The position numbers and the translations under genes are program-made. DNA of 64,000 nt, from contig NC_092379.1 in assembly GCF_030028105.1 (NCBI RefSeq), positions 28,637,821 to 28,701,820 on the forward strand. The letters are read 5' to 3'. The stretch is from Mobula birostris. Taxonomy: Eukaryota. A model generated the notes under the pieces. That model saw nothing but the letters and a program-made list of their open reading frames with translations. It did not search any database and was not told the origin of the DNA. Shown here in pieces: positions 1 to 12,967 of the stretch. The stretch's first letter is position 1. Each line of letters opens with the position of its first letter.

Positions 1-799
1 GGGATTGCCGGAACATTTGAACATTGGGAAATAAAACTTAATAAAGTCGTTTTGCAAATACCCCATGGGAAAATACAATGCAGTCCTTCCGTTTGCATTT
101 TGCCTAGCCCTGTTGTTGGTGGAAGCCGGCAAGGTCCGACGCTCCATTTATATAAAAACGCTATCCTTTTGTGCATCTTTCGGTCATCCTCCCCTTCGAG
201 TTCGAAACTGTAAGCAAATAAAGAAAAGCAGTAAGCAACGTCTTTTCTGAATATAGGAGTCGGGTGTTCAATCTCTCGTCCCCTAACGGTGTTGTCTTCA
301 TAGGGCTCTCTGCTGGGAAGGTGTGAAGGTGCCTGAGTTTCGTGACTGGGCCCACTTTGATGTGGAGGATAGGTTGAGGGAACCCTCTGGTATGAGAGCT
401 CACTGCAGTCAGGATATATATTTTTTGTCCAGATCCGCCTGCATCTTCAAAATCTGTGGGCTGATTTGTGCAAAGATACAGCACAGAAACCCACAGAAGA
501 ACTCCAGAGAGAATTTCCTGCACTGGAAATCCGACATCCTAACAGGGTTGTCTTCAGTCCGAGCCACGTGTGCAAGGATGAACATTGTATTATTTTTTTT
601 TTCTAAAGGTTCCACGATGTTGATTGATCCACAGATAAGCAATGGCAATTCCTGAGTGACTTCAGCTCAGCGAAATGCTCTGTCCTTCTTAATTAAATAA
701 TTCCTTTCGATGTTGCGTCAACTAATCCGCCCCGTTCGTACCTCTAACAAACCCAAAGGTTGTAAGGGGCGCCAGATCAATATGGGTAGAGTTAAGAAA

Positions 800-2390
800 C
801 TGCAAGGTTTAAGGAACCCTGCTGGAAGCTATATACAAGCCTCCCGACAGTAGGTAGAATGTGGAGCACAGATTACAAGAGGAAATAGAAAAGGTGTCTC
901 AAAGGGTAATGTTGTGTTAGTCATGGGAGATGTGAACATGCAGGTAGATTGGGAAAGTCAGTTTAGATATGGATCTCAAGAGAGTGAGTTTGTTGAATGC
1001 CAATGAAAAGGCATCTTATAGCAGATTGTCCGTCAACCTACAAGGGGATCAGTTGTACAGGATTGGTTGTTGTGCAATGAACTGGAGAGAATTAGTGACC
1101 TTTGGATAAAAGAGCAATTTGAAGGCAGTGATCCCAATATGATTGAGTTCAACTATAAATTTGCCAGGGAGAAAGTAAAGTCTGACGAAGCAGTATTTCA
1201 GCACAGTTAAGGAAATTTCTATGGTATGAGAGAGGAGCTGGCCAACAAATTCAGAGAGGAGGACTTGGAAGGATAGACTGCAAGGGAGGACAACAGAGCA
1301 GGAAGGGCGTGAATTTCTGGGGAAAATGAAAAAAAGGTGCCCAATAGCTGTATCCAAAAACGATGAAATTCCCAAATGGAAAAGTACTACAACTATGGTT
1401 GACACTGGGAGTCAAAGCTAACGTAAAAACAAAAGAGCGGGTATACAGCAGAACAGAAATTAGTAGTAGGACAGAGGATAAGGAAGCTTTCAAAACCCTA
1501 GGGAACAACTAAAACAATCATTAGCAAAAAATATCAAAATGGATACTAAAAGGTTTTTTTCAAAAATGTGAAAAAATAGAAGTGAGATCAGAGTGCATAT
1601 GGAAAGCAAGAAACTGTCGCCGAAGAAATAATGCTGGGAGACAAGCTGGTGGCAGATGAACTATATGAGTATTTCGCATCAGGCTTCCCTGTGGACGATC
1701 CGAGCAGCGGGTCAGACGTTTAAGGGTGCAGGGGAAGATATCTGAGCGCAATTACAGTGACAAGGGTGAATGTCCTCAAAACGCTGGAGGACAGGAGGGT
1801 ATATAAGTGTCCCAACCAGCTGAACTGCTCCCTTGCGCCCAGAAAGTGTTAGCGGTAAAGATTACAGAGTCATCAGGAATGATTTTTCAAAATCATTGTC
1901 AATGATATAGATGATGGAATATCTCGCTGTGTTGCCAAGTTTGTAGATGATACGAAGTTTGATGAAGGATAAGTCGTTCTGAGGAAACATAAAGGCTACA
2001 GAAGGACAGAAAGATGAGGAGAATAAGCAAGTGAATGGCAGACGAAGTGCAATGTACCGAAATGAATGTCAACCCATTGGTATAAGAAATAAATGTGCAA
2101 ACTATTTTGTAAACGGGGAGAAGATCCAAAAATGTCCGATGCAAAGAAATTTGAGGGATCCAAGTGCAGAACACCGTGACGGTTAACTGGCAGGTAGAGT
2201 CGATGGTGAGGAAGGCAAATAAAATGTTAGCATTCATTTCAGGATGTCCAGAATACATGGGCAGAGATATAATGCAAAGGCTTTGTAGGACACGTGAGGC
2301 CTCTCCTTGAACATTCTGAACAGTTTTGGGTTCCTATTTTAACTAAGATGTACTGGCGTTGTAAAGGATTCAGAGGACATTCACAAGTAT
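800..2390 (+). mobile_element. Decayed CR1-type LINE
   Basis: Endonuclease/RT remnants (VMGDVNMQVDW; KF(V)DDTK); paralog at 29090-30690. Confidence 0.75.
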
Positions 2391-2578
2391 GGCACCGTCA
2401 CACCGCAAGCAAAGCAACTGTCCAACTACCTGAAAAATGTAGTCGGTAATTTCTCCCCTTTCCCCTGGAGTTTATCCTTCTTAAATTACTCACGTGACAG
2501 TGGTGGATATGTGTTTGTGCTGCGAATGCTTCAGGCAAAGGGTCCCCTGTAGCGAGCACTCACTGCATCACGGAGGTT

Positions 2579-2617
2579 GGATTTTGTCTGGAGCCGTCAT
2601 CACCTTGCAACACTGTG
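2579..2617 (-). other. 23-RSS (intact, on a pseudogene)
   Basis: CACAGTG + 23 nt + ACAAAATCC. Confidence 0.9.
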
Positions 2618-2908
2618 GGCATCATGGCACAAAGATAAATGGCGGAGTCCGACATAAGAGCACCAGAGATGTTCAAATGGGCCGCCTTGCTTCCACGCTG
2701 CCAACCAGCGGTAAACCTCGCTGATTTCCGTTCCATCGTGCCACTGCTATATACCTTTAGCAAATATCTTACAGATTCCACCCGATGCTGAATGTACCAG
2801 AAATAGATGTAGGCTTGCCATTGTAATTACAGTTCATTGTTACACTTTGTTCTTCCGCAATCATTAATTCAAGAGGCCATTGCGTCACCGAATCTTTCCT
2901 ATTTGTTC
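2618..2908 (-). pseudogene. TCR V pseudogene, paralog of 30925-31357
   Basis: V exon split over two ORFs (frameshift between Cys and Trp). Leader exon and most of the intron deleted relative to the 31.3 kb copy. Confidence 0.88.
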
Positions 2909-3439
2909 CTGCAGTAAAAGGGCAGAATGCAGGGCGGTACCCTGCCAATGATGGATTGGCCGTGAGCACCGATCTGTGCCGGTCCGAGCTCCAATCACAG
3001 ATCGTTTTGTTTCAGTTCCTCTATATGCTTTTATAATTCCGAAGCCCGGAACTGTAAATAACGTCGCGCTACTCTCTGTTCTATCGATCACCATCTCTCG
3101 CTCACTCACCTCTTCATTTCTCTTACATCTCCAAGAGTTATCCACTTTGTCATTCCATCATACTAAACCGCCCACTTTCTCCCCCAGTTTTACTCACCAT
3201 ATCAACCGCCCACCGTTTTCCCTGGATGTGACTTCTTCTGCCCACTCGCAAAGCGCAATTCACACTCAGACGCGTTATCTTCACATTTATCCTCTCTGGC
3301 AAATGGGCGAAACGCCACTGATGCTGACAATAAGAAAAACAACTTCACTCGGGAGAACGAAGGATGTGCTTTGTGCGCTAGTTTCTTGTCTCTCTGTGCT
3401 TCAGCCTTCTGTCTCCAGGAAAGTTCTTGTCGCTTGAGC

Positions 3440-3625
3440 CTTGTAGACGGACGAGAGTTGGATGAAAAATTTGCAGATGCTGAAAATCCAACGCAACTCA
3501 CAAAACTCTGGAGGAAGTCAACAGGTCAGGCAGAATCGGTAGAATTTTTTTTTGTCGACAAATCGGGCCGAGACCCTTCTTCAGGCCTGAGAAATAAGGA
3601 GGAAGATGCAAAAATTGAAATGTGA
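3440..3625 (-). mobile_element. Penelope-like terminal fragment
   Basis: Matches the terminal repeat at 40437-40620 (GTCGAC...GAGACCCTTC). Confidence 0.55.
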
Positions 3626-3799
3626 AGGGACATTCAAGAGTCTGACTGAAAGGCGATAGGTGACACCAGGTAGCTGGGAAAGGCCAAGGGATGTAGAAGA
3701 AAGAAACTGATAATCTTATTCAGGCATGATCTAATTGAATTGCGGAGCAGGTTTGACGTGTCAAATGGCATACTCCAAGCATTATTTCTGATTGTCTTA

Positions 3800-3970
3800 T
3801 CTTCGGCCCTTCCACGGTCATTAATTTCCTCACATCCTGAGCTACCGAATTTACCGCACTCGTATCTGTAACAACGTATCTGACGGCGTAGAAAACGCGC
3901 AAACTGATGAAGAAGGAATGATCCAGACAGAGCAGCCATTAAACTCAGCAATAAACACGAGGGTGATACG
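3800..3970 (-). pseudogene. V relic (decayed leader plus 5' V), truncated by a CR1 3' end
   Basis: Leader-like VSPSCLLLSLMAALS|G, acceptor GTTACAG, then DTSAVNSVAQDVRKLMTVEG. A leader-only copy lies at ~31.8 kb. Confidence 0.55.
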
Positions 3971-4119
3971 GTGTCGGCATTAACATCAAAAATAGGATTT
4001 TATCAGATTGTGATCCAGCTGAAGGTAATTACGTCACGTCAGGAACATCATAGGCCCGGGGGAGATACGTGCCTTCCTCTCGAACCGGATTGGTATATTG
4101 CCCATGATGTGCCCTTGAC

Positions 4120-4700
4120 TCGGCAGGCGTGTTGGCTCCAGGTCAGCTTCTTAGGGCTTCATTTTCCCCCTCTACATAGTGTAGTAAATGGCCGTTGTGC
4201 TTTCTTCAGGGCAGATGTTGGAGACCTGGGAGATCCAGAGTCTCCCAGGGAGCTACATCTGCAGGGAATGCATTTGGCTGAAGCTCCTTGAAGACCATGG
4301 TAGGGATCTGGAGTGACCAGCTCAATGACCTTCGGCTTGTACGGCAGAGCGAGAAGATAATCGATCGGAGACATAGGGAAATAGGCACAGCGAAGCTGCA
4401 GGTGGCAAGTGGCTATTGGACTATCAGGAGAAATGGAAATGTGAAAGACAGTTTGCGCAGCGCACCCCTGTGGTCATTCCTGTCAATAGTAAGAATATTT
4501 TTTCTGCATATCAATGTGGGGGATGAACTCCCAGGGGAATGCTAGGGAGACAGGGCTACCGCAACGCAACATTGGTCCGTGGTGCAGATGGGAAAAGGGT
4601 GAAGAAGGGAGCGGTTGCGATTGGGGACTCAGCAATCATGGGAACAGACTGCAGATTCTGTCGACGCGAGCACAGGGCCCTGATGGTATGCTGCCTTCCA
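4120..4700 (+). mobile_element. CR1 5'/ORF1 fragment
   Basis: AVAIGDSAIMGTDCRFCRREH..MVCCLP, a CR1 ORF1 esterase-like motif; longer paralog at 32010-33905. Confidence 0.65.
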
Positions 4701-4838
4701 CATGTCAGTTTCGAATCACTCTTATCACCTATTTCCTCTCCTTTCTGCCCATTCTCTGTACCCCGCTCTTTCAGTTTCTCTTTTTTTGTCCTCCACTTTT
4801 CGTCTCTAACTTTCGTTCACTCACTTTCCCTTCCCCTT

Positions 4839-4891
<53 letters not shown>

Positions 4892-5896
4892 CTCTCTCTG
4901 TCTCTCTCTCTCCTATCTCTCTCCTCCCTCTTTTGCACGGATTACGGATTCCATGTGGATGCTCCTGACTGTGGGCCGCGGGTGCCGTCCGTTCCATGCG
5001 CCCATTGTACGCAGGATCTGTTCAGCCCAGATCGGCAATTGTACTGCATTAGGGACGGCTGTTCATGCAAATAGACATAGAAGAACCTGGCACAAAACCA
5101 CTGGAGATATTTGAATCCAACCAGTGGAAATTTCATGTCCAAAAAACCTGAAATCTTCACCTATGTAGTTTGCTACTGAGTTTCGCTCTCATAAGTCAAC
5201 CACATGACTGTTTCAAATACTTGGTTACGCCACTTCGACTTTTCTATCACGACCCGCCCTCTAGCGACGGTTCACTGCATCACACCTTGCACATTCAGTA
5301 TGTGTTTTAAACATAAATTCACTTTGAACAATGACCATTTCTCACAGTCCGGAAATGCAACGACCAAAATACTGTTTGCATTCTCTATCACGCTAAACAT
5401 CCGCAGGATCTGCCGCATTATCTGAATACTCAGTATAAATCATAAGTAGCCACTGCAATATCCTTAATTTCAGCAGCATTACACTTGCTATTCTTTGTCA
5501 AACTGAAGCAGCGAATTTGCCCACGCTCTGTTTTCCTTCAGTGAACCACAGTCCTATTTAAATATATTGCAGTTTCACTCCGTCCATATTGCTTCTTCAT
5601 GCAGAAGCTCGAACAATGTGGCCAAAGACGACGTCATACTACGTTGCCAATCGCGATATGCCGTTGCAGCAAAGAGGATGGGTGAATGCACATTGCCGTA
5701 TCACGGAAATACATTATAAAGATCCAGTCTGGGTGCGCGTTGTAGTCATGAACCGTTCCATTGCCTTCGCCGCCTTCTGTTGGTGACTGCAGCGCTGTTA
5801 ATCAGGGCCCGTGTCCACGGCTGATTTCAGTGTGCGCCCTACCACTTCCCCGGCAAAAGTCGCCTTCGAATGAGAGCTTTTTCATTGTACAGAACC

Positions 5897-5935
5897 AGTT
5901 TTTGTCCGGACCCGCCGTCTTCAGGCAACAGCGTG
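5897..5935 (-). other. 23-RSS, variant heptamer
   Basis: CACGCTG + 23 nt + ACAAAAACT. Confidence 0.8.
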
Positions 5936-6374
5936 ATAGTCATTGCACAGAGTCAGAGTCCGATAGTCAGAGTCCGTCACAAGAGCTTTAGCGATATTCA
6001 GTTGAGCTGTCGTGCCGTCTTTCTGCAAACTAGCGGTAAATGTCACTGGACAATCTGGATTCCGCTCCATTTTTCCTGTGCTATAAACCTTCAGCAAATG
6101 CTTTGGAGATCCTCCACTATGTTGAATGTACCAAAAGGTATCTTCATCAGCGTCAGTGTAATTACAATTCATTGTTATGGTCTGCTCTTCCTTAGCCGTT
6201 ACGTCGGGAGCATCCTGCGACACTGAATCTATCCCAGACGCTCCTGCAAGAAAGGACTGAATACATTAACATCGCTAGCTTGTATTGAACACCGGGGAAA
6301 TTCGCGGGCCACCTTAGCAGAGACTCACCAGACAGCAAAGCCAAAGAAATTATTAATAAACAGAGTGAAACCAT
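5936..6374 (-). pseudogene. TCR V segment, probable pseudogene (open frame, disrupted YLC motif)
   Basis: Good leader MVSLCLLIISLALLS|G (6374-6329) and splice sites; exon starts at 6243. A local duplication gives DSDYRTLTLCNDY instead of DSAMYLCA. Confidence 0.8.
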
Positions 6375-7228
6375 GGTGTATAATTTTGCTCTGAATCGAA
6401 CGGCAGATTCCTTTCAGTACGTAATTATAGCAGATATTGTGACGCGAGATTGTTTCAGCGGTATCTTTCACCTTGTGTAGGACAGAGGGCATTTCGTGGA
6501 TTAAAGGATTCGCTGACAGAAAGAACCGATATCTTCGGCGGACCAATCAGGGTCTGCTTTTTTTCCAGAGCTTCATTCTGCCTATTTTTTTGCTCTATCC
6601 TAGTACCGCTTTCCCGTCCCCGCCCCCCCCACACACACACACACTCTCTCTCTTACTCTCTCTCTCTCTCTCTCTGTCTCTCTTTCCCAGCAGTCTCACG
6701 GTTTGTAGAACACCTTCCGTAACCCTACATGTTCTACCTGTTATTCAAAAGTTACACAATAAAAGTGCCACTGTACTCGAACTAAATGTCAATCGAATAA
6801 ATGAACCATTTACTCCCCAGTCCTTTTCTGACAGTGGGTAAAACATCTTTCGTTGCAACGTGCCAACGTGAATAACATTTACTACAACAATCGCCATTAG
6901 AGTGATATCCTATCCAATACTTGCCGGATATCTGAAGACATTGTACACGCAGAGATTCCTTCATCCTTGAGGAGATCTACCAAAGACAATTGCGACAAAG
7001 ATGTCAATGTGCACTCGATCTTTGCGAAGATCCTACGTGAGCGTTTGATCTCACATGGATTCAACGTAAGTTCTTTAGCTTGTACGATTTGTCTTGGTGA
7101 ATATCGCCCTGATGAAATGGACCTCGAGACCTTCATTGATTTGTGTGCATCTATTATACTGCTTCAGAAAATCGCGCCTCTGCCCATGGCCTGTTTTTAC
7201 GGGTCTTGCATGTCCCTGCGACAATATG

Positions 7229-7670
7229 AGTTCCAGGATACAGATGTACACGTCAGATTCCGACAGAAGAACCCCGAGGACACAGAGATATTTAAATGAA
7301 CCATCTTCCTATCTTGCTGCAGAAAAGCTGTAAAGGTCAGGGAACATTCTGGAGATTGTTACTCCTTTGTGTTTTACTCCTTCAGCAAGTATCTTAGACG
7401 TTATCCTCGATGCTTAATATAAAGAAAAAGAATACACTTATTTTATGCCGAGTAACTTCAGTTGTATAATATTGGCTGCGATGCTTAGCAGTTAATTTAG
7501 GAGATTATTACGCTACTGAATCTTTCCTGAGTGAAAACCTGTAATCAGGGACAGAAAGTCTGGACAGTCTAGCTTCACATTCAACTGAATATATACACGC
7601 TGGTCCTTTTTTTGCAGAGATTCATCGTACTGCATGGTAAATATGAGAGTTGGGGAAAGCGGGAGCACTG
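7229..7670 (-). pseudogene. Decayed V segment
   Basis: Acceptor TTACAG at 7539, KDSVA** start, RYLLK, PECSLTFTAFLQ, HLNIS, ESDVYICIL end. RSS relic CATATTG...GTAAAAACA. Several stops. Confidence 0.7.
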
Positions 7671-9104
7671 CCGTCGGCGTTGATAAAATCATTCTGGTAT
7701 TTAACACAATTTTAGCGATACTGGAGAATGAGGTCAGACCCACCTAGAATCTACCTTGATCAAAAATAAGCACCGATCAGAATGGCCTTTGACTTTAATC
7801 CAGTGTGACTGTCTGCCTGTGTGTCTCATCCCTCATATTCCGTCTCCCTTCTCACCACACCGCTGTCACGCACACTAACTCTCTTCCTTAAATTTAATAA
7901 CAGTTGCTTGAATTAAGCGAATATTAATTCCAGAAAAAAGAGAAATTAAGAAAAACATTGAAGCTTCAAGTATTTTCAAAATCTGAAGTTCGTAATGCAA
8001 TAAGTAAAATGAAGAAAGGAAAGAATCGTTTTTATGTACGTTCTGTCGGGGTTTTTCAACTCAAAATTCCGACGCTACTTATCTTTATAGATCTTGACTC
8101 TCCTGCTCAGTTCCTCGAGTATTAGGTGTGTGTTGATCTGAAGGCAAATTCCATTCAATAAATAAGACTCTCTTACTGCTCTGATCAGCTCAACAAGTAA
8201 GGGAAGAGGTTGGCGATTCTTACGAGAAATTCGGAGGCTTAAAGCTATTACGTCATATGTCAATGCGCCCTTCGCCGCTTGGTTCTTCATTAATTGATTT
8301 ACCACAGCCAGTTGAATATACCGTCTGCGCCACAAGCAAAGCAGCTGACTAACTGAAAAATAAGGCAATAATTTCTCTCCTTCCCCTTGGAGTATGCTCC
8401 TAAACGCCGCCATAAGCTCCACTGGGCTTCACGCCGTGCAAACAAAAAAACTTCCTTCCAACGTTTGCATGTAACACGCGGAAGTGGGAAAAGGATTCTC
8501 TTACATGAAAGAGCGCACCAGATCAGCAGCCGAGCATTTGAGACTCTCTGCCTGTCGCTATCTTTGCACTTATCAGAGACAGCCACTCAACGGACATCTG
8601 AGAGGTCTGCTCCATCCAATATTCCTCCACCCCATCCCGGGGATGTGCTTCACTCCCTTTAGCATTATCAGCCTACGATAACATTGTTTCACCGCCGGTG
8701 TATTTTGCCATTAATGTGGTAGGGATATTAGCGTTGATACCAACTCAGAATATTTTCCCTTGCTAGCCGACTCATTAGACCTTCCGCATCTGATAACTCC
8801 TTCCCTTCACTCCGAGGCAACGAGATCAACTTGTCTTTGAAGTCTCCAACCTCAGCTACGTGAAACCCGGGTTGCAATTCGGTACTCTCACTTCCACTGC
8901 GTGGACCACAACAGCACGAGGCTAAGTAACTGCCGTCACATCTTCCCTAGCCTGAACGAAAACGACATCTCTGTCCGCTGCTTGGTCAAACTATCTACGT
9001 TACTGAAATTTGAGCCATCGATTTTTGTAACGAAAGACAGAATCATTCAGCATCCCGGGAGGGTGCTTAATCCGGGAAATTTTGAGGTACTATGAGAAAC
9101 TCAC

Positions 9105-9150
9105 CAGACACAATTACTAAGATAACCAGAAATATGACGCTGATCAGGAT
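9105..9150 (-). pseudogene. Leader-exon relic of a divergent, heavily decayed V
   Basis: 46 nt ending at GTGAGT, reading (ATC)LISVIFLVILVIVS|G with ATG changed to ATC. SVT*-like sequence lies downstream, and 8330-8400 matches the V 3' flank seen at 2410-2480. Confidence 0.45.
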
Positions 9151-10364
9151 CAGCAGGGTTGGATAAATCGGGTTTACTACCAGTTCTAGCCTGTTTGTTT
9201 GTAATTACCTCCGCCGACCTCTTTCTTACACGCTTCATTTATTTCTTTTTTTCATTCGCCGCCCTTTCGTTACATCCTCTGACTTCCTGTTTATTTCATA
9301 CGGCGCCGTCCACTTTGCAACAGCTTTCGTTATCGCCACGCTATTCCAATCTCTCTCTCTCAGCCACCCCCCTCCCCCTTTCTCTTTCTCTTTTGCGCCT
9401 CTCAATTTAACTTTTCAGGTTCTTTACGGCCCTACTTACTTCTTTTCCCGTGTACATCACTCGGTTCCTCTACTGCATCACTCCCAAATTCTTAGGAACT
9501 AGACCATTGCTCAACTGGAAATGTGACATTCACCGTGAGCGGGATAAATATCCTGTGAGAATTACTCATACTAATAAATTTCAATATTCGTTGCACATCG
9601 TTGCGCTGTAGCAGAGGAGGGAACATAATACAGATCACGCTATATGCAATTATGTGGGCATTTCTTTCAGGTAATGCACTTCTAATCGACTGTATTTTTT
9701 CACAAGCGAATTTCAGTCCAACACTTGCTGAATGAGGTAATTTCAAATAAGATTAGACGGTACGGTGTGATTTTATTAAGACTCAGATGAATGAAAGTTT
9801 AAATCAGAAAATCAAACAATTTGTGAAAAGTCCAAATAACAACGTTTTACTGAAACAATTACTGGACATAACTAGAAATACTCAGTCTGCCTGGAAAGGA
9901 CTATGGAGATTAAAGTTATAGACCCTTCATGAGACTGTGAACTAACTGGGGCAGTGTCACCAAAGGGATTGTTTCATGCATAACACCAAAGTAAAGTAAT
10001 AGTGGTAAAATATCAAGTTAGAAGTTTGAAAGCAGATGCTTTCATTCTGTTCTCCTTACTTCGACAGTAAACTGAACATTCTGTCTGTTCTCTTTTCCAG
10101 TCTTGCAGGTAATACATTGTGTACAGAGATAGTTTCTGCTCTGCGTTTATAAGACTGCAGGATGCAGGATGAGATAGTCTCTTAACCCAAATGCACTTGT
10201 TCTTGCCTTACACTTAGCTGTCATGCAATATTTTTCGCCACTTCCCGACATTCGTTAGGCAAAAGGCCAGTGCAAACTATAAGGGACAAAGGAATGGCGC
10301 ATAGCGTCGGGCTACTGACTCTGTGGAAAGGCAGTCTAGTTCCAAGTGGCTACTTTTAATTAAC

Positions 10365-10597
10365 AGATATTGGAAATCGCGAGTATAAGTAAAATTCAGT
10401 GTTATAGTCAGTCCTTCTTCAAGTGTTACTTCAGGAGAGTCCTGTTTCAGTTAATCTTCCCTCTCGCTTCTGCAAGAAAGAACACGTGTATGATCATCGC
10501 TGGTTTGCAATACAACCACCGGCCATTGATTGTTCATCACAGAGACTCACCGTACAGAACTGATAACGTAATTAGTAAGGAACGGAGGGGGATGCAT
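10365..10597 (-). pseudogene. V relic (leader plus 5' half)
   Basis: 47-nt frameshifted leader with GTGAGT, acceptor at 10470, QDSPEVTLEEGLTITLNFTY (Cys to Phe). Confidence 0.7.
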
Positions 10598-11269
10598 AGT
10601 GTTGGCACATGCGATAGACCAGAAGCGAAACTGTAGGGTGAGAATGGATCAGCGACATGTTTCTCCATGGGTAAGACTTGGGGCGTTTTCCTGCTAAAGT
10701 ATTAGATGATAAAGCGGAATCAGGCTTATTTAGGCAGAAATCGGCATCCACGTTCGTTCTTTTCCTTTCTGCTATTTTATCCGTTCCTTCAATCATCGAG
10801 GTCATCAGGAATCTGATAACTATCGCTGCCCTAGAGTCTCCCGACACCCGACAAGCCTATCTTTCCACAAGTGTTTATTTTTGTCGTTCCCTCTCTACCG
10901 ATGGTGATGTTCCTCTCATGCTCCCTGCTCGGTTGCAGTCGCTGAAACATTGAGTTATTGAGGCTCCAAGACAAATGGGTGACGTGGTCGAGTGTTCAAG
11001 ATGGACTAAATTTCCATTGCCTCTGCATGCGGGGGTTCCAATCCCACGCTGGTCTATTGAAGTAATTTCTACTTTTGTTTATCGGTGTCGGTGCTTGAAC
11101 TTTTTTTTTATTGTATGGAAAGAATGGGCGTTTAAATCCGAAATGGCGCCTATCGGTAACTTCTTTGCTTGCAAATTCGGAAACAGCTCAATTTCCATCT
11201 TTAATATCTCTATTTTTCCCTTTCAGGGTTCGTTGGAAGACGCTGACCTGAGTTACATGCTGACATCAG

Positions 11270-11935
11270 CTGTTTGCGGAAATGGAACCTGCTCCCGGGT
11301 TTCCAATATTGGCCATTATTCCAAATCAAGGACGCGGCCTAAGAGATTAGGTCGCCTTCTCAGTCCCAGGATCTCGTGGCTCTGGAGACGCGCGGACCGA
11401 AGGTCGGTGTCTCTGCAGGAATGCGGTGTGTCGAGTGCACTGCAGAACGAAAGCAGCGAGCTGGCTGCTGGCTGTGTGCCCCTAGACCCTCTATATTTGC
11501 GCACATAGCTCGAAAAACGGACTTTTGACATCGCAAATCACCGAGTTGTTTGTTATGTCTCCCCTCTGAATGTGAAACGGAGACTTCTCTTCCTTCCTTA
11601 TAAGAGAGACAGAGACTTGCAGTATGTCGAATACCGGTGGAATAAATAGTCTTTCGGATAGTGCAGGTCTGTGTCTTTGCTGACGCTTTGCTGCACGGTG
11701 GTGGGTTCCGACGCTTTTTTTTTGCTGGTGGGGGAGAGGAGATTGTTGATTTGCTGCTGTTTACACGTTGGACGGTGGAGCTGTGGGTAGTCTTTGGGGT
11801 TCTAACATTTAAATGTCATTCATACTTTGGTGACATTCCTCTGTTTGTCCTGAATGCTTGCGAAGAAAACAAGTATTTTCGGATGTAAATGGTATATATT
11901 TCTCTCACATTAATTGCACCTTTGAAGCCTTTGAA
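11270..11935 (+). mobile_element. Non-coding retroelement/SINE-like repeat
   Basis: No ORF; ends in a short-repeat tail (cctttgaagcctttgaaa). Family call from recall only. Confidence 0.4.
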
Positions 11936-11939
11936 ATCT

Positions 11940-12700
11940 AATCAGTGTTGACAACAGGAGAAATAGGGCACATGACTTGAAATATTCACCTGGTCTAAAA
12001 AGGTCTCAGGGGAGAGGACCTTCAGGTTGTTCATCAGCACGTTCTCCTGAAAATGTCAAAGGACACTAGCGCGCAAAATAAATCTTATATTTATCAGTAT
12101 GGCCACTGCTGATCCAGGGTGAGAAGGTTAACGTGATTACGGACTCCTTAAATCAATGTATCGTAAAATGCAACTCGTAGAGGCCAACGTGGAAGAGCAC
12201 AGCCTTTCCAAACCAGCTTGAAGTATTCTATGTCTTGTTTGAACAGAAGAGAGCAGCTGCGTTACGATCCACACAGAGATCTTCCAATGCACATGAAGCC
12301 ACAGTCAGCGCCGTGGACGTAAGTTCCATCATCAGGAGACTGAACCCGTGGAAAGTACGAGGACTGGGTGGTGTCTAAGCCGCTGTGGTTCGTTGCTGCA
12401 CAACTCAGTTCGCGGGGCGACATGCTGAACATTTTCACCTCGTCCCATTTCAATATCAGGCTCCCACCTGGCTTAGAGGATCACTATTAAGTTTGCTCCT
12501 CAGGAAAAATAAAGTAACATACCTTATTGACCACCGGCCAGTGACTCTGAATATCTGAATCCATCATCATTACGTGATAATGGCACATATTAACTCCCGC
12601 TACCCGGCGAAATTCGACCCAATGCTGTTAACTACTGCCAAAGCAATTTAACAGTGGACGCCTACTGCCTAGTCTTACATGCATCTACAGGTGTACTTTA
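11940..12700 (+). mobile_element. Decayed Rex1/Babar-like LINE RT fragment
   Basis: RRLNPWK..G.GGV and KNKVTYLIDHRPVTL remnants. Confidence 0.6.
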
Positions 12701-12967
12701 AGCGAACCCACATTCGCTAGACAGCTGTTATCGACCGCGCTATGTAAAGCCCCAGTTTGGGTGCGCGTTGTAATCAGGAACAGTTCCTTGAGCTGCGGCG
12801 CCCTGTGCTGCTGATTGCAGCTCTCTGAAGTAAGGCAGCAAACCATGGCTGATTTCCGGGTGCGCCCTTCCCACTTTCTGGGCAAAAAGATGCGCTCAAC
12901 TGAGAGCATTTTGCATTATTCAGGACCAGTTTTTCGTACGGACCCGCCATCTGCATTCAACTATATG

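Noticed and set aside
4514-5114. Long ORFs with SLSLSL/ERERER runs (also at 15.9, 18.0, 34.0, 38.5, 44.3, 48.6, 54.2 kb)
   Set aside because: Translations of (CT)n microsatellites and pyrimidine tracts
6967-7299. ORF resembling a penta-EF-hand protein (peflin-like: GFNVS...YRP...MDLETFIDLC)
   Set aside because: Its 3' half is the antisense of the V relic at 7229-7538, and its middle aligns at DNA level with the non-coding V 3' flank at 15190-15260. The resemblance is judged coincidental; a HMMER search would settle it.
8550-8600. Plus-strand YLCTYQR that could be an inverted V end
   Set aside because: No upstream Cys/Trp frame and no RSS after it
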